DNA of 64,000 nucleotides from Pseudogymnoascus verrucosus (Eukaryota): NCBI GenBank assembly GCA_001662655.1, contig KV460242.1; one strand, 5' to 3'. Shown piece by piece: positions 1 to 10,500 of this stretch (position 1 is its first letter; each line of letters starts with the position of its first letter). The notes under the pieces were generated by a model. It saw only the letters and a program-made list of their open reading frames with translations, ran no database searches and was not told where the DNA came from. The position numbers and the translations under genes were made by a program.

Positions 1-510
1 ATTTCAGGCAAAGATGTGGCAGATGTTTTGGTTTTGGGCTGAGAGGTCTTTGGTTTGCGGTCGATAGTCATTCGTTTAAAACTTTCTAGAGAATGAATTA
101 TTTTTCTGGTAGCTTTTCGTTGATATTTTTGTTGTTTGAAAATGAGAATTAATATCAGTATTAAAGTAGACACAAATTATTATTTTTGCTGTAGTTTTAA
201 GTAACCAACTTAGATAATTATAGCAACTAAGTGACTGCGATTATTTTAATTATAGTTACTATAAATAGTGTCATTATAGACGGTTCCTCTCCATACGTTT
301 TGGTGGTAACGAGTATTTGGTTCGCGTTTTGTGGCGTGATGTATGACAGGTATAATTCCTCTGCCTAGCTTCGATCCTCGCAAGCTCTACGAACAGATTC
401 TGTCTAATGTTAGTTCATCTACAGCAACTAGCAGATATCATTTGTCTGATCAACATATCCATATATTAAATATCCTGTTTTGAGATCCAACACTCACTAT
501 AATCGCTGTG

Positions 511-1747
511 ATGTCTCGCAAGCTTGACACGCCAGAACGAACTCCATTATCTAGAAACGTCTACATCTACGACAACGATGGTCATATTCTCGGCGGTAAG
601 TTCCTCTTCCAATTATTTCTGAAGAGTTAGAAGTTGATGTCTTTTATATAAGGTGTATATCAAAACGGCTCACTTACGAATTTAAACCTGCATGAGATGT
701 GTGACATCATTATAATTGCATCTGAGCCGTTTTCTCTATTTCGCCTGAACAAAGACGGATCTACGGGCGCGAAGGTGGCTAAGAATAGAGAAAATCTATT
801 AGCTGGATCATACATTGTTCTCACAAACGGTTAGTATTAACGATGAGAGTGTATAAATATCCAATGAACCTATGTAGATGGGGAACCGAACTCAGTCCGG
901 ATCACGAATGAAAGCACCCTAAGGCGTATAATAACAAAGATTCCATCATCAAAGTTAACTCCAACGGTAAGCAATTCACGTATACTTTACTTCATGCTTA
1001 GTCGATAGTCGAGAGATTGTTGTCGTCGACATGATGTTGTCGCGACGTGCTATTGCCGTTCCCATCTATGGACTCCCGCTAATTATGGGCGTAGCAAAAG
1101 CGTTTCCGAGACCGAGTCAGGGAGCGAGACGACCGGCACTGTGTGATGAGCGGCCTTCGAACCTTCCCCGATGAAGATTACTCACTTTTCCATGCTACAC
1201 ACATATTCCCATACTCACGTGAGCAAGCCTGGGTGGACGAAGGCCTCTCGAGATGGATCACAGATCAAGCTTCCCCTCAGAGCCAAGGAGTGTCAAAGAT
1301 ACACTCAGTTCAGAACGGATTGCTGCTTGACTTGAATTGCCAAGCTGCGTTTGATGCACACGCAGTTACAGTAGATGCCAATGTGCGAGATCTAAAATGC
1401 GATAGAATAAGTTACTAACACTACTATAGGATGGGTACAAGATCATCTATTTACACAAAGATGTATTGAATCTAGATGGTCGCACATTAGATCTATCGTG
1501 CAGGGATCCGCAGAGCCCAGACCGAGTCCCCGACGAGCTCTTTCACTGGCAGTTTCGCCAAGCCATTCTAGCTATAGTGAGGGGCAATGGACAAAGAATA
1601 TGGAATATGCAGCTTGAGGAGGAGGATCCCATGGGAGATATAATGGATGGGCTGGATGCTGCGGAGAGAATGGAAGCAGAATTGTTCACTCGTCTTGGGG
1701 CAGGCGAGATTGATTACAGCGCCGCTCCAGAAATGCACTCGCCTTGA
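511..1747 (+). CDS. Fungal HNH-endonuclease-domain protein (HNH_2-like), paralogue A; 5 exons; terminal metal-binding His replaced by Gln
   Basis: ATG at 511 (MSRKLDTPERTPLSRNVYIYDNDGHILGG); GT-AG introns at ~596-652, ~830-878, 967-1094 and 1383-1429 join to give FRDRVRERDDRHCVMSG...FHATHIFP...IHSVQNGLLLDLNCQAAFD...RVPDELFHWQFRQAILAIVRG, typical of fungal HNH_2 proteins. Confidence 0.85.
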
Positions 1748-2045
1748 TTTGCTTTTATATATTATAAAAATAGCTGAACTGAATCCTCCATTTTAATATT
1801 TAGCGTATGGGTTATCATTCAATCATGGCATTTATCATTCCCACGGAGCAAATCACAAACCTAGTGACAGAATGAAGCTCGAGATTGAATGTCTATTTCT
1901 ATTCACGAGCACAACTCAGTATATAGATCACAGCGTAGGTTTCCCGTACCCCCTTATTGTAAGATAAACATACCCGTGCATCACTAAAATACTTGCCACC
2001 TACGAAAAAACGTTGCTCTACATAAAACTCAAGAAACTAATCAAC

Positions 2046-2358
2046 ATGGGGAACACCGGCAGCATACCTGGTGATGCCAGGAGACGCAACGGCATCATCG
2101 ATGCTATGAGTGAGTACCACCGCGACAAAGCGGCTAAATACCAGAACCAAATCCAGCCGGGCACAGGGTTTGGAAACTGGGTGGATAGGAGGTAAGTTAT
2201 ATAACTGTTCAAAGATTCATTTTTATTTTTATTTTCGAAATAGCAAACCTGACATTGAAAATAGGGGTATGGGACAGTATTACCAGAACATGCATAATCA
2301 GTACAAGGTTCAGTATCATACTGGCGAAAAGAACATGTGGAGTAGCTGGCGAACCTGA
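2046..2358 (+). CDS. Small spliced orphan protein (79 aa) with N-terminal MGNTGS myristoylation-type motif
   Basis: ATG 2046; exon 1 2046-2191; intron 2192-2264 (GTAAGT donor, CTGAC branch point, TAG acceptor); exon 2 2265-2358 continues in frame (RGMGQYYQNMHNQYKVQYHTGEKNMWSSWRT*). Total 240 nt. Confidence 0.6.
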
Positions 2359-2439
2359 TGCTTCGCAGAAGTTATGAGGGAGAGACGCTGGCTGGTTCTG
2401 GCGTTGGTTGCACACCACACACTGTATAATAGGGGCAGC

Positions 2440-2698
2440 GAGATTTTATCATGGAGCCTAGATATGACTTCGCACTAAAATACATTGCAGGTATTGATTT
2501 TAAAGCCTTGGGTATTGATAAAATGTGTCCCAATCATAGCATTGTTCGTAATCAGAGCTTGGCATATGTATCAAGTCCACAAAATAATGTTATATTCTCT
2601 TACATTTCACAACTACGAGGCCTGTTGTTGCACCTTCCACGTAGCGCAGCGTGCTCACGGTAAATATCATAGCGGAAAGTCTGCTTCAAATTGGATGC
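2440..2698 (-). pseudogene. Relic copy of the 3' end and downstream flank of the neighbouring beta-lactamase-family gene (direct repeat of ~4068-4312)
   Basis: Minus strand 2698->2645 reads ASNLKQTFRYDIYREHAA versus AADLKQTFRHDIYRKHAA in the intact gene; the non-coding flank also aligns by eye (caggtattgattttaaagccttgggtattgataaaatgtgtcccaatcat vs caagtattcacttaaaagccctggatattaatagaacatgtcctaatcat). Confidence 0.85.
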
Positions 2699-2703
2699 TG
2701 CTA

Positions 2704-3844
2704 CTAGCCGAACTCCCCAGGCCCGAGACGGGTGAACAACTCTGCTTCCATCCTCTCCACTGCATCTGGTCCTTCCCGTATCTCCTGCATTATGTCCCCC
2801 CCTTCAGAATAGTGCATGTCCCATGGTTTTTCTCCAGCACCTTTCATACTAGCAAGGATAGCCTCGCGATGATGCCAGCGCAAGAGCTCATCAGGAACTC
2901 GAAGGGGGTTCTGTGGGTCTCTGCAGCATAATGCCAGTCTGCGACCGTCCACATTTACATGATCTCGGGTCAAGCAAACGACCTTATATCCTTCCTATTA
3001 TAAGTAGTATCAGCATCTTGTTCTTGTTAAAATGGTTCAGGACTTCTTACGTCGACATTAACTGTAAGTGCATATGCATCAAACGACGAGTGGATGTGAT
3101 CCCTTAGGAGCAATCCATTCTGGACAGAATGAATTTTGGTATCATTTTCCCGTGCAGGGTGCTCCTCATCAGTTATGAACCTTGCCATTCCTTTTTCAAC
3201 CCAGGTCCTTTCGCGGGCGAACGGAAAGATATGGCAGGTGCTGAATGATGTGGGAGCTTCATCTTTAGGATGCTGTGTTCCGGATATTACGCATTGGTCG
3301 TCTCGGGCAATGACCCGATCATGGAAAGATTTTGTCTGCACTTATAATTAGCATAGTATCGTCAAATAAAACGTATATAGCTTGTACGTACTCGCGAATT
3401 CAACTTCATTGACTGGCCCTTTATCGTTATGCGCCTCTGCGCAGAGTCGGGCGTGATTTCGACTGGGATCGGGCTCCCATCTGTAGAATAATTAGACATC
3501 TATAGTACATTCATTTGTAAGATTTATACATACTGGCCGACAGAACAACGTATGATCCATCTCGCAGAGCGTTTCTATTTGGGAATAGTTTTGCGCCTGT
3601 AGAGCCGTCCTTGGTGAGGCGGAAAAGAGTGAATTCCTCATTTGTAATGAAGACTCTGCACATTTCATAAAACATTGAATTTATGATGCATCCATTCTGC
3701 CAAAGCCCTTATACAGAGCAGTCAGCTTCTAATAGTTAAGAGGAATCAAATGAAGAACTTACCGCCGATAACTTGGCCGTCATCATCGTAAATGTGAACA
3801 TTGCGCGGAGAGCTTGGGGTTGGTATGTCCAGCTCACGGGGCAT
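2704..3844 (-). CDS. Fungal HNH-endonuclease-domain protein (HNH_2-like), paralogue B; 5 exons; intact H-N-H
   Basis: ATG at 3844 (MPRELDIPTPSSPRNVHIYDDDGQVIGG|LWQNG...); FHDRVIARDDQCVISG...TCHIFP...IHSVQNGLLLRDHIHSSFD...RVPDELLRWHHREAILASMKGAGE; intron positions match paralogue A. Confidence 0.88.
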
Positions 3845-4239
3845 TTTGGCAGTGTGGTTTCGCAAAATGAAGCTTCCAGGTGTGGTGTATTTAATTGAAC
3901 GCGAAAGTAAAGAGGGTTCATAGAACTATATAGGTAAGCTATCGCCAAACAAAATATGTTTGTATTGACTAAAGTTAAACAAAGGAATTACCGACTTTAT
4001 CATATATCACGCCACAAAACGCGAACTCACATGACCACACTATTCATTATCTATAAACAAATGCAGTCAGATTTTATCACAGATGCATGACTAAACCGCC
4101 CATTAAAGGCCAAGTATTCACTTAAAAGCCCTGGATATTAATAGAACATGTCCTAATCATTGCATTGTCCGTAAATAAGAGCTTGACATACACACCGAGT
4201 CCACAACGTAATTATATACTATCTCAGTTATCTCAGTTT

Positions 4240-5457
4240 TCACCATTGCTGCGCCTTCCACGCAGCATGCTTGCGGTAAATATCATGGCGAAAGGTCTGC
4301 TTAAGATCGGCCGCCACCTCTCCATCCAACGGCAGCGAACCTTGCACAGCTCCAACGCCGCACAAGCCATTCTTGCGATCAATAAACCAGGTGAGCGTCA
4401 AGCCGCCGCCCCACGTCAGCGTACGCTCACCATACCAACCATCAACATCCTCTAACGTAAGAAGGCCACCTAGGCCATGACCAACCTTCGTCCCAGGCTC
4501 GGTGCCCACGCTGAAGAAGACGCCCATCGGACTAGCCAGCGCCGCCTTGTGACCCTCAGTCGCTTCAGGGCTAAGGTGATGCTCGAACATATCGTCAACT
4601 GTAGCGGGCTTCAGCACCTTCCCATCGTTAGCCAGAACCGAGCGCAGAATCTTGACATAGTCTTCGCCAGCCATGAACATGCCATGGCCCCCAAAGTGCC
4701 CCTGGGAGCGCTTATTCGGGTCACCCCCTCCACCAAGCACAACCTTTCCGAGTGCCTCTGGGTCATCCGGATTGAGATCGACAAGGCGTTCGCGCAAGTC
4801 CTCGCGCGTAACAGGGTAGAACTGTGCAGAGTTAATCCTGAGCGGATCAAAGATGCGCTTCTGCATGTGCTCGCCCAGAGTGCCAGCCGTGACGCGCTCA
4901 AGAATTCGGCCAGCCCAGTCGAGACTACCGCCATACATCCAGCCTTCTCCGGGGTGGAAGGCGAGAGGGAAGCTGAAAGCTTCTTCGACGGGGCGGCGCT
5001 GGCCTTCGGCTAGGGGTGCGAATTTTTGGTTCCATTGCGTGACGAGGGGGTTGATGAAGTCGTAGACTACGCCGGAGCTATGTGTGAGTAGCATCTCAAG
5101 CGTGATGGGTCCGTGGGGTGGCTCTAGCACGGGGGTCTCGCCATCATCTGAGAAGCCGGTGATGACCTGCTTCGAGGCGAGGTCGGGTGCGATGGATGAT
5201 AGATCGCCGGTTAGGGTCAGCAAGCCGTCTTCGACACATTGGAGGGCGGCAATGGTAGTGAGAAGCTTGGTAGCTGAGGCTAGGAATAGCACATCGTCGA
5301 GCTGCTGGGGAATCTTCTCACCCGATAGTAGGGTTCGCTTGCCGAGTGCCTTGTCGTAGACGAAGTTGCCCTCGGCGTCGGTGGCACAGATAACGGCGCC
5401 GTTGATCTTGCTAGCGTCGATGGCGGCCTGGAAGGCAGTCTCCATGTCGTTGGCCAT
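4240..5457 (-). CDS. Serine beta-lactamase/transpeptidase-fold hydrolase or acyltransferase (class C / LovD-like family)
   Basis: Intronless ORF from MANDMETAF; SxxK motif LASATKL, LLTHSSG, FHPGEGWMYG, WGGG...WFIDRKNG. Confidence 0.9.
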   Translation of the reverse strand: MANDMETAFQAAIDASKINGAVICATDAEGNFVYDKALGKRTLLSGEKIPQQLDDVLFLASATKLLTTIAALQCVEDGLLTLTGDLSSIAPDLASKQVITGFSDDGETPVLEPPHGPITLEMLLTHSSGVVYDFINPLVTQWNQKFAPLAEGQRRPVEEAFSFPLAFHPGEGWMYGGSLDWAGRILERVTAGTLGEHMQKRIFDPLRINSAQFYPVTREDLRERLVDLNPDDPEALGKVVLGGGGDPNKRSQGHFGGHGMFMAGEDYVKILRSVLANDGKVLKPATVDDMFEHHLSPEATEGHKAALASPMGVFFSVGTEPGTKVGHGLGGLLTLEDVDGWYGERTLTWGGGLTLTWFIDRKNGLCGVGAVQGSLPLDGEVAADLKQTFRHDIYRKHAAWKAQQW

Positions 5458-6154
5458 GGTATTCCACGCTTTCTGCAAGGCGGTTCGAGTTTGTTAAGTT
5501 GGCTCTTTCACGTTGGGTCTCTCAGGTTGGGTTTCTCAGGCTGGGTCTCTCAGGTTGGTCCTTTCAAGTTATGTCTCTCAAGATCGCATCTGTTTCCCAT
5601 GTCATCCATCTTGTCCACCACCACAAGGCAGTCATTGTGAGTAACGCTGACATGCAGACGACTGTCGTGTTAGCGGCGGGGTTGACGCAGCTATCCCAGA
5701 GCTAAAAGAGAATAGCGGGGCTGCAACATGGAGTTGGGAGAAGCTTATTAGCTGGGCCGGAGAGATACACATAGACTTCCCCTTGTTGCTGACCCAAACG
5801 TTCGACATTGCGAAGTTACAACCAAAACGATTGAAAAATGCCATGTATGACAACCACAACCATGCGTAAATCCCATAATTATAGATATTTATAGAACCTA
5901 TTTAGTTAGTAGCAACTATTAATTTGGCTAAAACCATCGAAATTCTCACACGTGACCAAGGCTGGCCCAGTGCCCAGCTGCTCCACAGGTTCGTTGGTGC
6001 ACCCCGGCTTCTGCGGATCGCTAAGACACCACCACAATCGTATTCGCGGCATCTTCTCCAGCTCCAGCCATATACACCAATGTTATAATCCAGCCATATA
6101 CACCAATGTTATAAGCCAAGATATACGTGGGCTGGCAAGCTTTGCCATCGGATA

Positions 6155-7749
6155 ATGCGCGCGACCCTCCGCAGGTCCTGTGATGCTTGCGCCAAGGCAA
6201 AGCTCAGCTGCGACCTCAGGACTCCCCAGTGCTCGCGGTGTATCAAGAGGAAATCCACGTGTGCTTACGCAAATGAACCCCTTACCAATTCCCCAAATGC
6301 ATATGCATCATATTCGGCAACCTCGGGGAATAGTACGCCTGCGGTTGAGGGGACCTCTTTAATCACAAGAAATGGAAGGGTCACGCCTACATTTGAGGAG
6401 GGGCCCGCAGGGCTGTTGAACCCAGCCATTGGATCTTTGGACCCGTTTGATTCGTATCCGCCAGCGAGGCTTCCTCGAGTGACTATTCAGCATCTCATCC
6501 ATCATTGTAATTCCTCCTCCCTGAAATTTTGTCCCTAATTATGTGACTAATACGTCTAGTTTTGTCGAGCATCGCATTCCAGTACTACCCGCTGGATCTT
6601 AATTCGGAGTCAAACCCATTCATCGTCTCATGGTGGCCACGGGCCCTTGCGGATCCCGCATTATTCCACGTCTCGTTACAGACGGCATCCCTGGACCAAG
6701 AATTAAGGTCGCAGAAGGGATTTCCAATTTCAGAGCTTCTCATGAGCGATTCGGTGTCGCTGGTGAGACGGAAGATTGAAGATTCGTCATTAGCATTTCA
6801 AGACGAGACCGTGAATTCCGTAGTCACATTGGCGGCTATTGAAGTAAGCATCATTCCAACTAAAGCGTTATGTTTACATTATTAACGCAAGGTACGAACA
6901 GCATGGCAAAGGAAATGTTGAAGCAAGCAGAATGCACATTGATGGAGTCAAACGGATAGTTAGCATCCGGGGCGGAATCAACGAAGTGAAGCGGACGAGC
7001 CCGCTGACAGCGAGAATGGTATCCTGGTGAGTTCCACGCTGGAAAAATAAGAATTTCCTACTAAATAATCTAGGGTATCATTACTGGTGACAGGATGTCC
7101 TCAATTCCAGACCCAAGATGATTTTGGCTCTGGAAGTGGAATTGATCCAACACTGCAGTGGCAGCTAGCTTCTATGGCACCAGATCTACAGGACCGGACT
7201 CTCGACAATCTTGACGTTGATCCTGACGTACGAGACATCTTAGCCCGTCTCCGGAGCATTTTCCACCAGCCACAGCTTTCGTCCTTGACGACCACCGAGC
7301 TTCATGACCTGACGTGCTTTGTCGTCCATAAGCTTCTGTTACTGCCTCCACTCTCGCCTGCACAACCGAAGCAATCATCTACCTCTGAATGTCTTCGATA
7401 CGCATTGGTGCTCTACATGTTGAGCATCCATGGGACGACGTATTACTCTCACCATCACTTGATAAATACTATCCTACTCCAGCTCAAAGGGTATTATGCG
7501 GCTTTGAGCCATACAAATTACACGCATGGCTCGCTCGAAATATGGGTTTCCTTTGTCGGCATGGTGGCATCTACCAACACAACACATTACCAGTGGTTCA
7601 TCGACCAAGCTTGTGCTGCTGCTGTTGCACTCAGTCTGCATACATGGGAGGATGTACTCAGCCACCTTGAGAACGTACTTTGGGTGAGAACACAGCACGA
7701 GGCGGCCTTTCGGGGAAAGTGGGAAGAAATCGTCAGTAAAGCCTATTAA
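6155..7749 (+). CDS. Zn(II)2Cys6 transcription factor with fungal-specific C-terminal regulatory domain
   Basis: RRSCDACAKAKLSCDLRTPQCSRCIKRKSTCAY; introns at ~6507-6559, ~6844-6901 and ~7027-7073 join ORFs 6155, 6562 and 7087. Confidence 0.9.
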
Positions 7750-7897
7750 CGCTGCATATTCATGCGTGTCTTTACACCAGTATATGAAACCTCCAAAAAC
7801 CCAAAGATACAAACGAAGGAGCTGTGTTGATGGATCCAGACCGCGGAGAAGCTTGCTTACTTCCTCACAAATCTAAGTGGTCAGTGCTTCGGTGCTT

Positions 7898-7995
7898 CGG
7901 AGTCTAGTCCTAAATAGTACTAGACTCCGTATCGCGTGGATCAACGGTAAATCGGAGCAGGGGGCCCCGAACCGTCAACCATCGGAGTCTAGTAC
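7898..7995. promoter_or_regulatory. Three copies of CGGAGTCTAGT upstream of ERG5 (inverted pair plus one direct copy); candidate zinc-cluster binding sites
   Basis: CGGAGTCTAGT 7898-7908, ACTAGACTCCG 7919-7929 (perfect 11-bp inverted repeat, 10-bp spacer), CGGAGTCTAGTAC 7983-7995. Confidence 0.55.
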
Positions 7996-8286
7996 ACTTT
8001 GGGCCATTATGATTTTATCATAAGCAGTCAACAAAGAGCCGCCACTACCACGGAAGATTATGCTTACAAATGACGACCTCATGTTCATATATTCATCTTG
8101 TCTGGCTCGTAGCCAGTCCTAATAGGTTTAGTTCCCGAAGTTTAAGCATTGGTGCCTCCTTGTGCTTGTGGACCAGCAGATGCTCTTGGTGTCATCCAGT
8201 CCATATAAAGGGTCTCTTCCTCTCAGAGATATTCTACAATACCCGCAAACAGACAAATATACTGGAATGAGGACCTAATATACACC

Positions 8287-10073
8287 ATGGTCTCAATTGT
8301 CGAACCCAGTGCTGTGTTTACGGTCGAAAATGGAACACATCTCGCACAGCATGATAGCAATGGCTGGGCAGAAGGCGTACTGCCTGGTTTCCTTTCCGAG
8401 CTCAGCGGTTGGCAGATCGCAGTTACCATCTTACTCATTCTGATGGCCTACGATCAATGTATGTTACCAGGACTCCTGTGATTAACTTCAACCCACTGAC
8501 GCACCACCAGCTATGTACATCATACGAAAAGGCCCTATCGCCGGACCGACCTTCAAAATCCCATTCATGGGACCCTTCATACAAAGTCTCCACCCAAAGT
8601 TCGATGCATATCTTGCTCAATGGGCCAGTGGACCGCTTAGCTGCGTTTCCGTATTCCACAAGTACGTCATCTTATATCCATCTGGTGAGTTTATGCTAAC
8701 TTGTTCTCTAACAGATTTGTCGTTCTGGCTTCAGACCGCGACCTCGCACACAAAGTCTTCAAGTCACCGAATTACGCCAAACCATGCTTAGTTCCAATCG
8801 CGACTGAAATCATGCGTCCATCCGCATGGGTCTTCCTCAATGGCAAGGCCCATGCTGAGTACCGCAGAGGACTGGCTGGCCTTTTTACCAACAAAGCTCT
8901 CGGCACCTATCTCCCGGTCCAGGAAAAGGTCTATACCGATTACTTCGACAGATTCGTCGCAGCTAGCAAGGAAAATGGAGGGAAACCAATGGGGTTCATG
9001 GGACATTTCAGAGAAATCAACTGCGCGCTATCGTGCCGAACCTTCTTTGGCGATTACATCTCTCAAGACACAGTCAAACGAATTGCCGATGATTTCTACC
9101 TCGTCACCGCCGCTCTGGAGCTTGTCAACATTCCCCTCTCCATTTACGTTCCCTTCACCAAGTGCTGGCGAGGGAAACGCATCGCAGATGCAGTCCAGGC
9201 CGATTTCACAAAGTGTGCTGCTACATGCAAGGCCAACATGGCCACTGGCGCTGAGCCAAAATGCATAGTCGACCAATGGGTTCTACACATGATGGAGTCC
9301 AACAAATACCGAGAACAAATCGCCGCTGGAAAAGAAGGAGTAGAGAAGCCGGCAAATCTCATCCGCGACTTCACAGATGAGGAGATTGGCCAGACGATAT
9401 TTACCTTCCTCTTTGCATCCCAAGACGCCTCCAGCAGTTCAACTACCTGGCTATTCCAGATCCTCGCCCAGCGTCCAGACGTCCTTGATCGTGTCCGAGA
9501 GGAGAATCTCGCCGTACGCCAAGGTGACAAAAACCGCCCATTCGATCTCGACATGTACGAGTCACTCACCTACACCAACGCCGTGGTCAAAGAACTCCTC
9601 CGTCACCGACCGCCCGTCATCTTCGTACCTTACACCGCCACGAAAGACTTCCCCATCACACCAACCTACACCGTCCCCAAAGGCGCCCTAATCGTCCCGT
9701 CCTGCTACCCAGCTCTTCATGACCCAGAGGTGTACCCGAATCCCGATGTTTTCGATCCCGAGCGCTGGATCACGGGCGATGCGGAGTCGAAGACTAAGAA
9801 TTGGCTTGTGTTTGGTGCAGGGGCGCATGATTGTCTGGCGAGGAAGTATGTGCCGCTGACGATGGCGGCGATGATTGGGAAGGCGGCGTTGGAGGTTGAT
9901 TGGGTGCATCATGCTACGAGTCGGTCGGAGGAGATCAGGGTTTTTGCTACGTTGTTCCCAATGGTACGTTGAATGTCTCCTGCAGGTTGATATTGATGTG
10001 GGTTGTTTGTTACGACTTGTGCTAATTTGATTTTTAGGATGAGTGTCCACTCGTTTTCACCAAGCGCAAGTGA
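8287..10073 (+). CDS. ERG5: Sterol C-22 desaturase, cytochrome P450 CYP61
   Basis: YDQ...[25 protein letters not shown]...[17 protein letters not shown]-helix [13 protein letters not shown]; Exx[14 protein letters not shown]; haem motif [10 protein letters not shown]; last exon [11 protein letters not shown] after intron ~9964-10037. Confidence 0.93.
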
Positions 10074-10500
10074 ACCTAATTGGCATGAAGTCCTATAATA
10101 CCCATTCATGAACCCAGAGCTTGTGCATATCAGCATAGCAATTAATCACTGTAGATATACTAGCGAAATAAAATATTCAAATTCTTCAATTCACCTCGTG
10201 AAATTAGAAACGTTAAATTAGAAACGTTAAATATCACAATCAAAATCATAAATGATCTCTCATATCACCAAAATAAAGTCATGATTCTACCAAACTCTCA
10301 TAATCATTAACCCCACCACGCAGCTCTTGCAATGGCCAAATCGAACCTCGCTATGCTTTTCTGAAACGAAGCGAAAACAGCTCCAACTCTTTGGCCTCCA
10401 CCGTACCTGGTATCTGTATCTATCTATCTACAGCCTCAACGGCCCGAACCATTCCACCTTATAGACCTATATGCACCCCACTTTTGTCGCGCCCACGCAT

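Noticed and set aside
1..270. AT-rich stretch that might be the end of a RIP-degraded transposon
   Set aside because: No partner TIR, TSD or recognisable transposase translation within the window.
10201..10232. 14-bp tandem duplication AAATTAGAAACGTT
   Set aside because: Simple slippage duplication between convergent genes; nothing supports a function.
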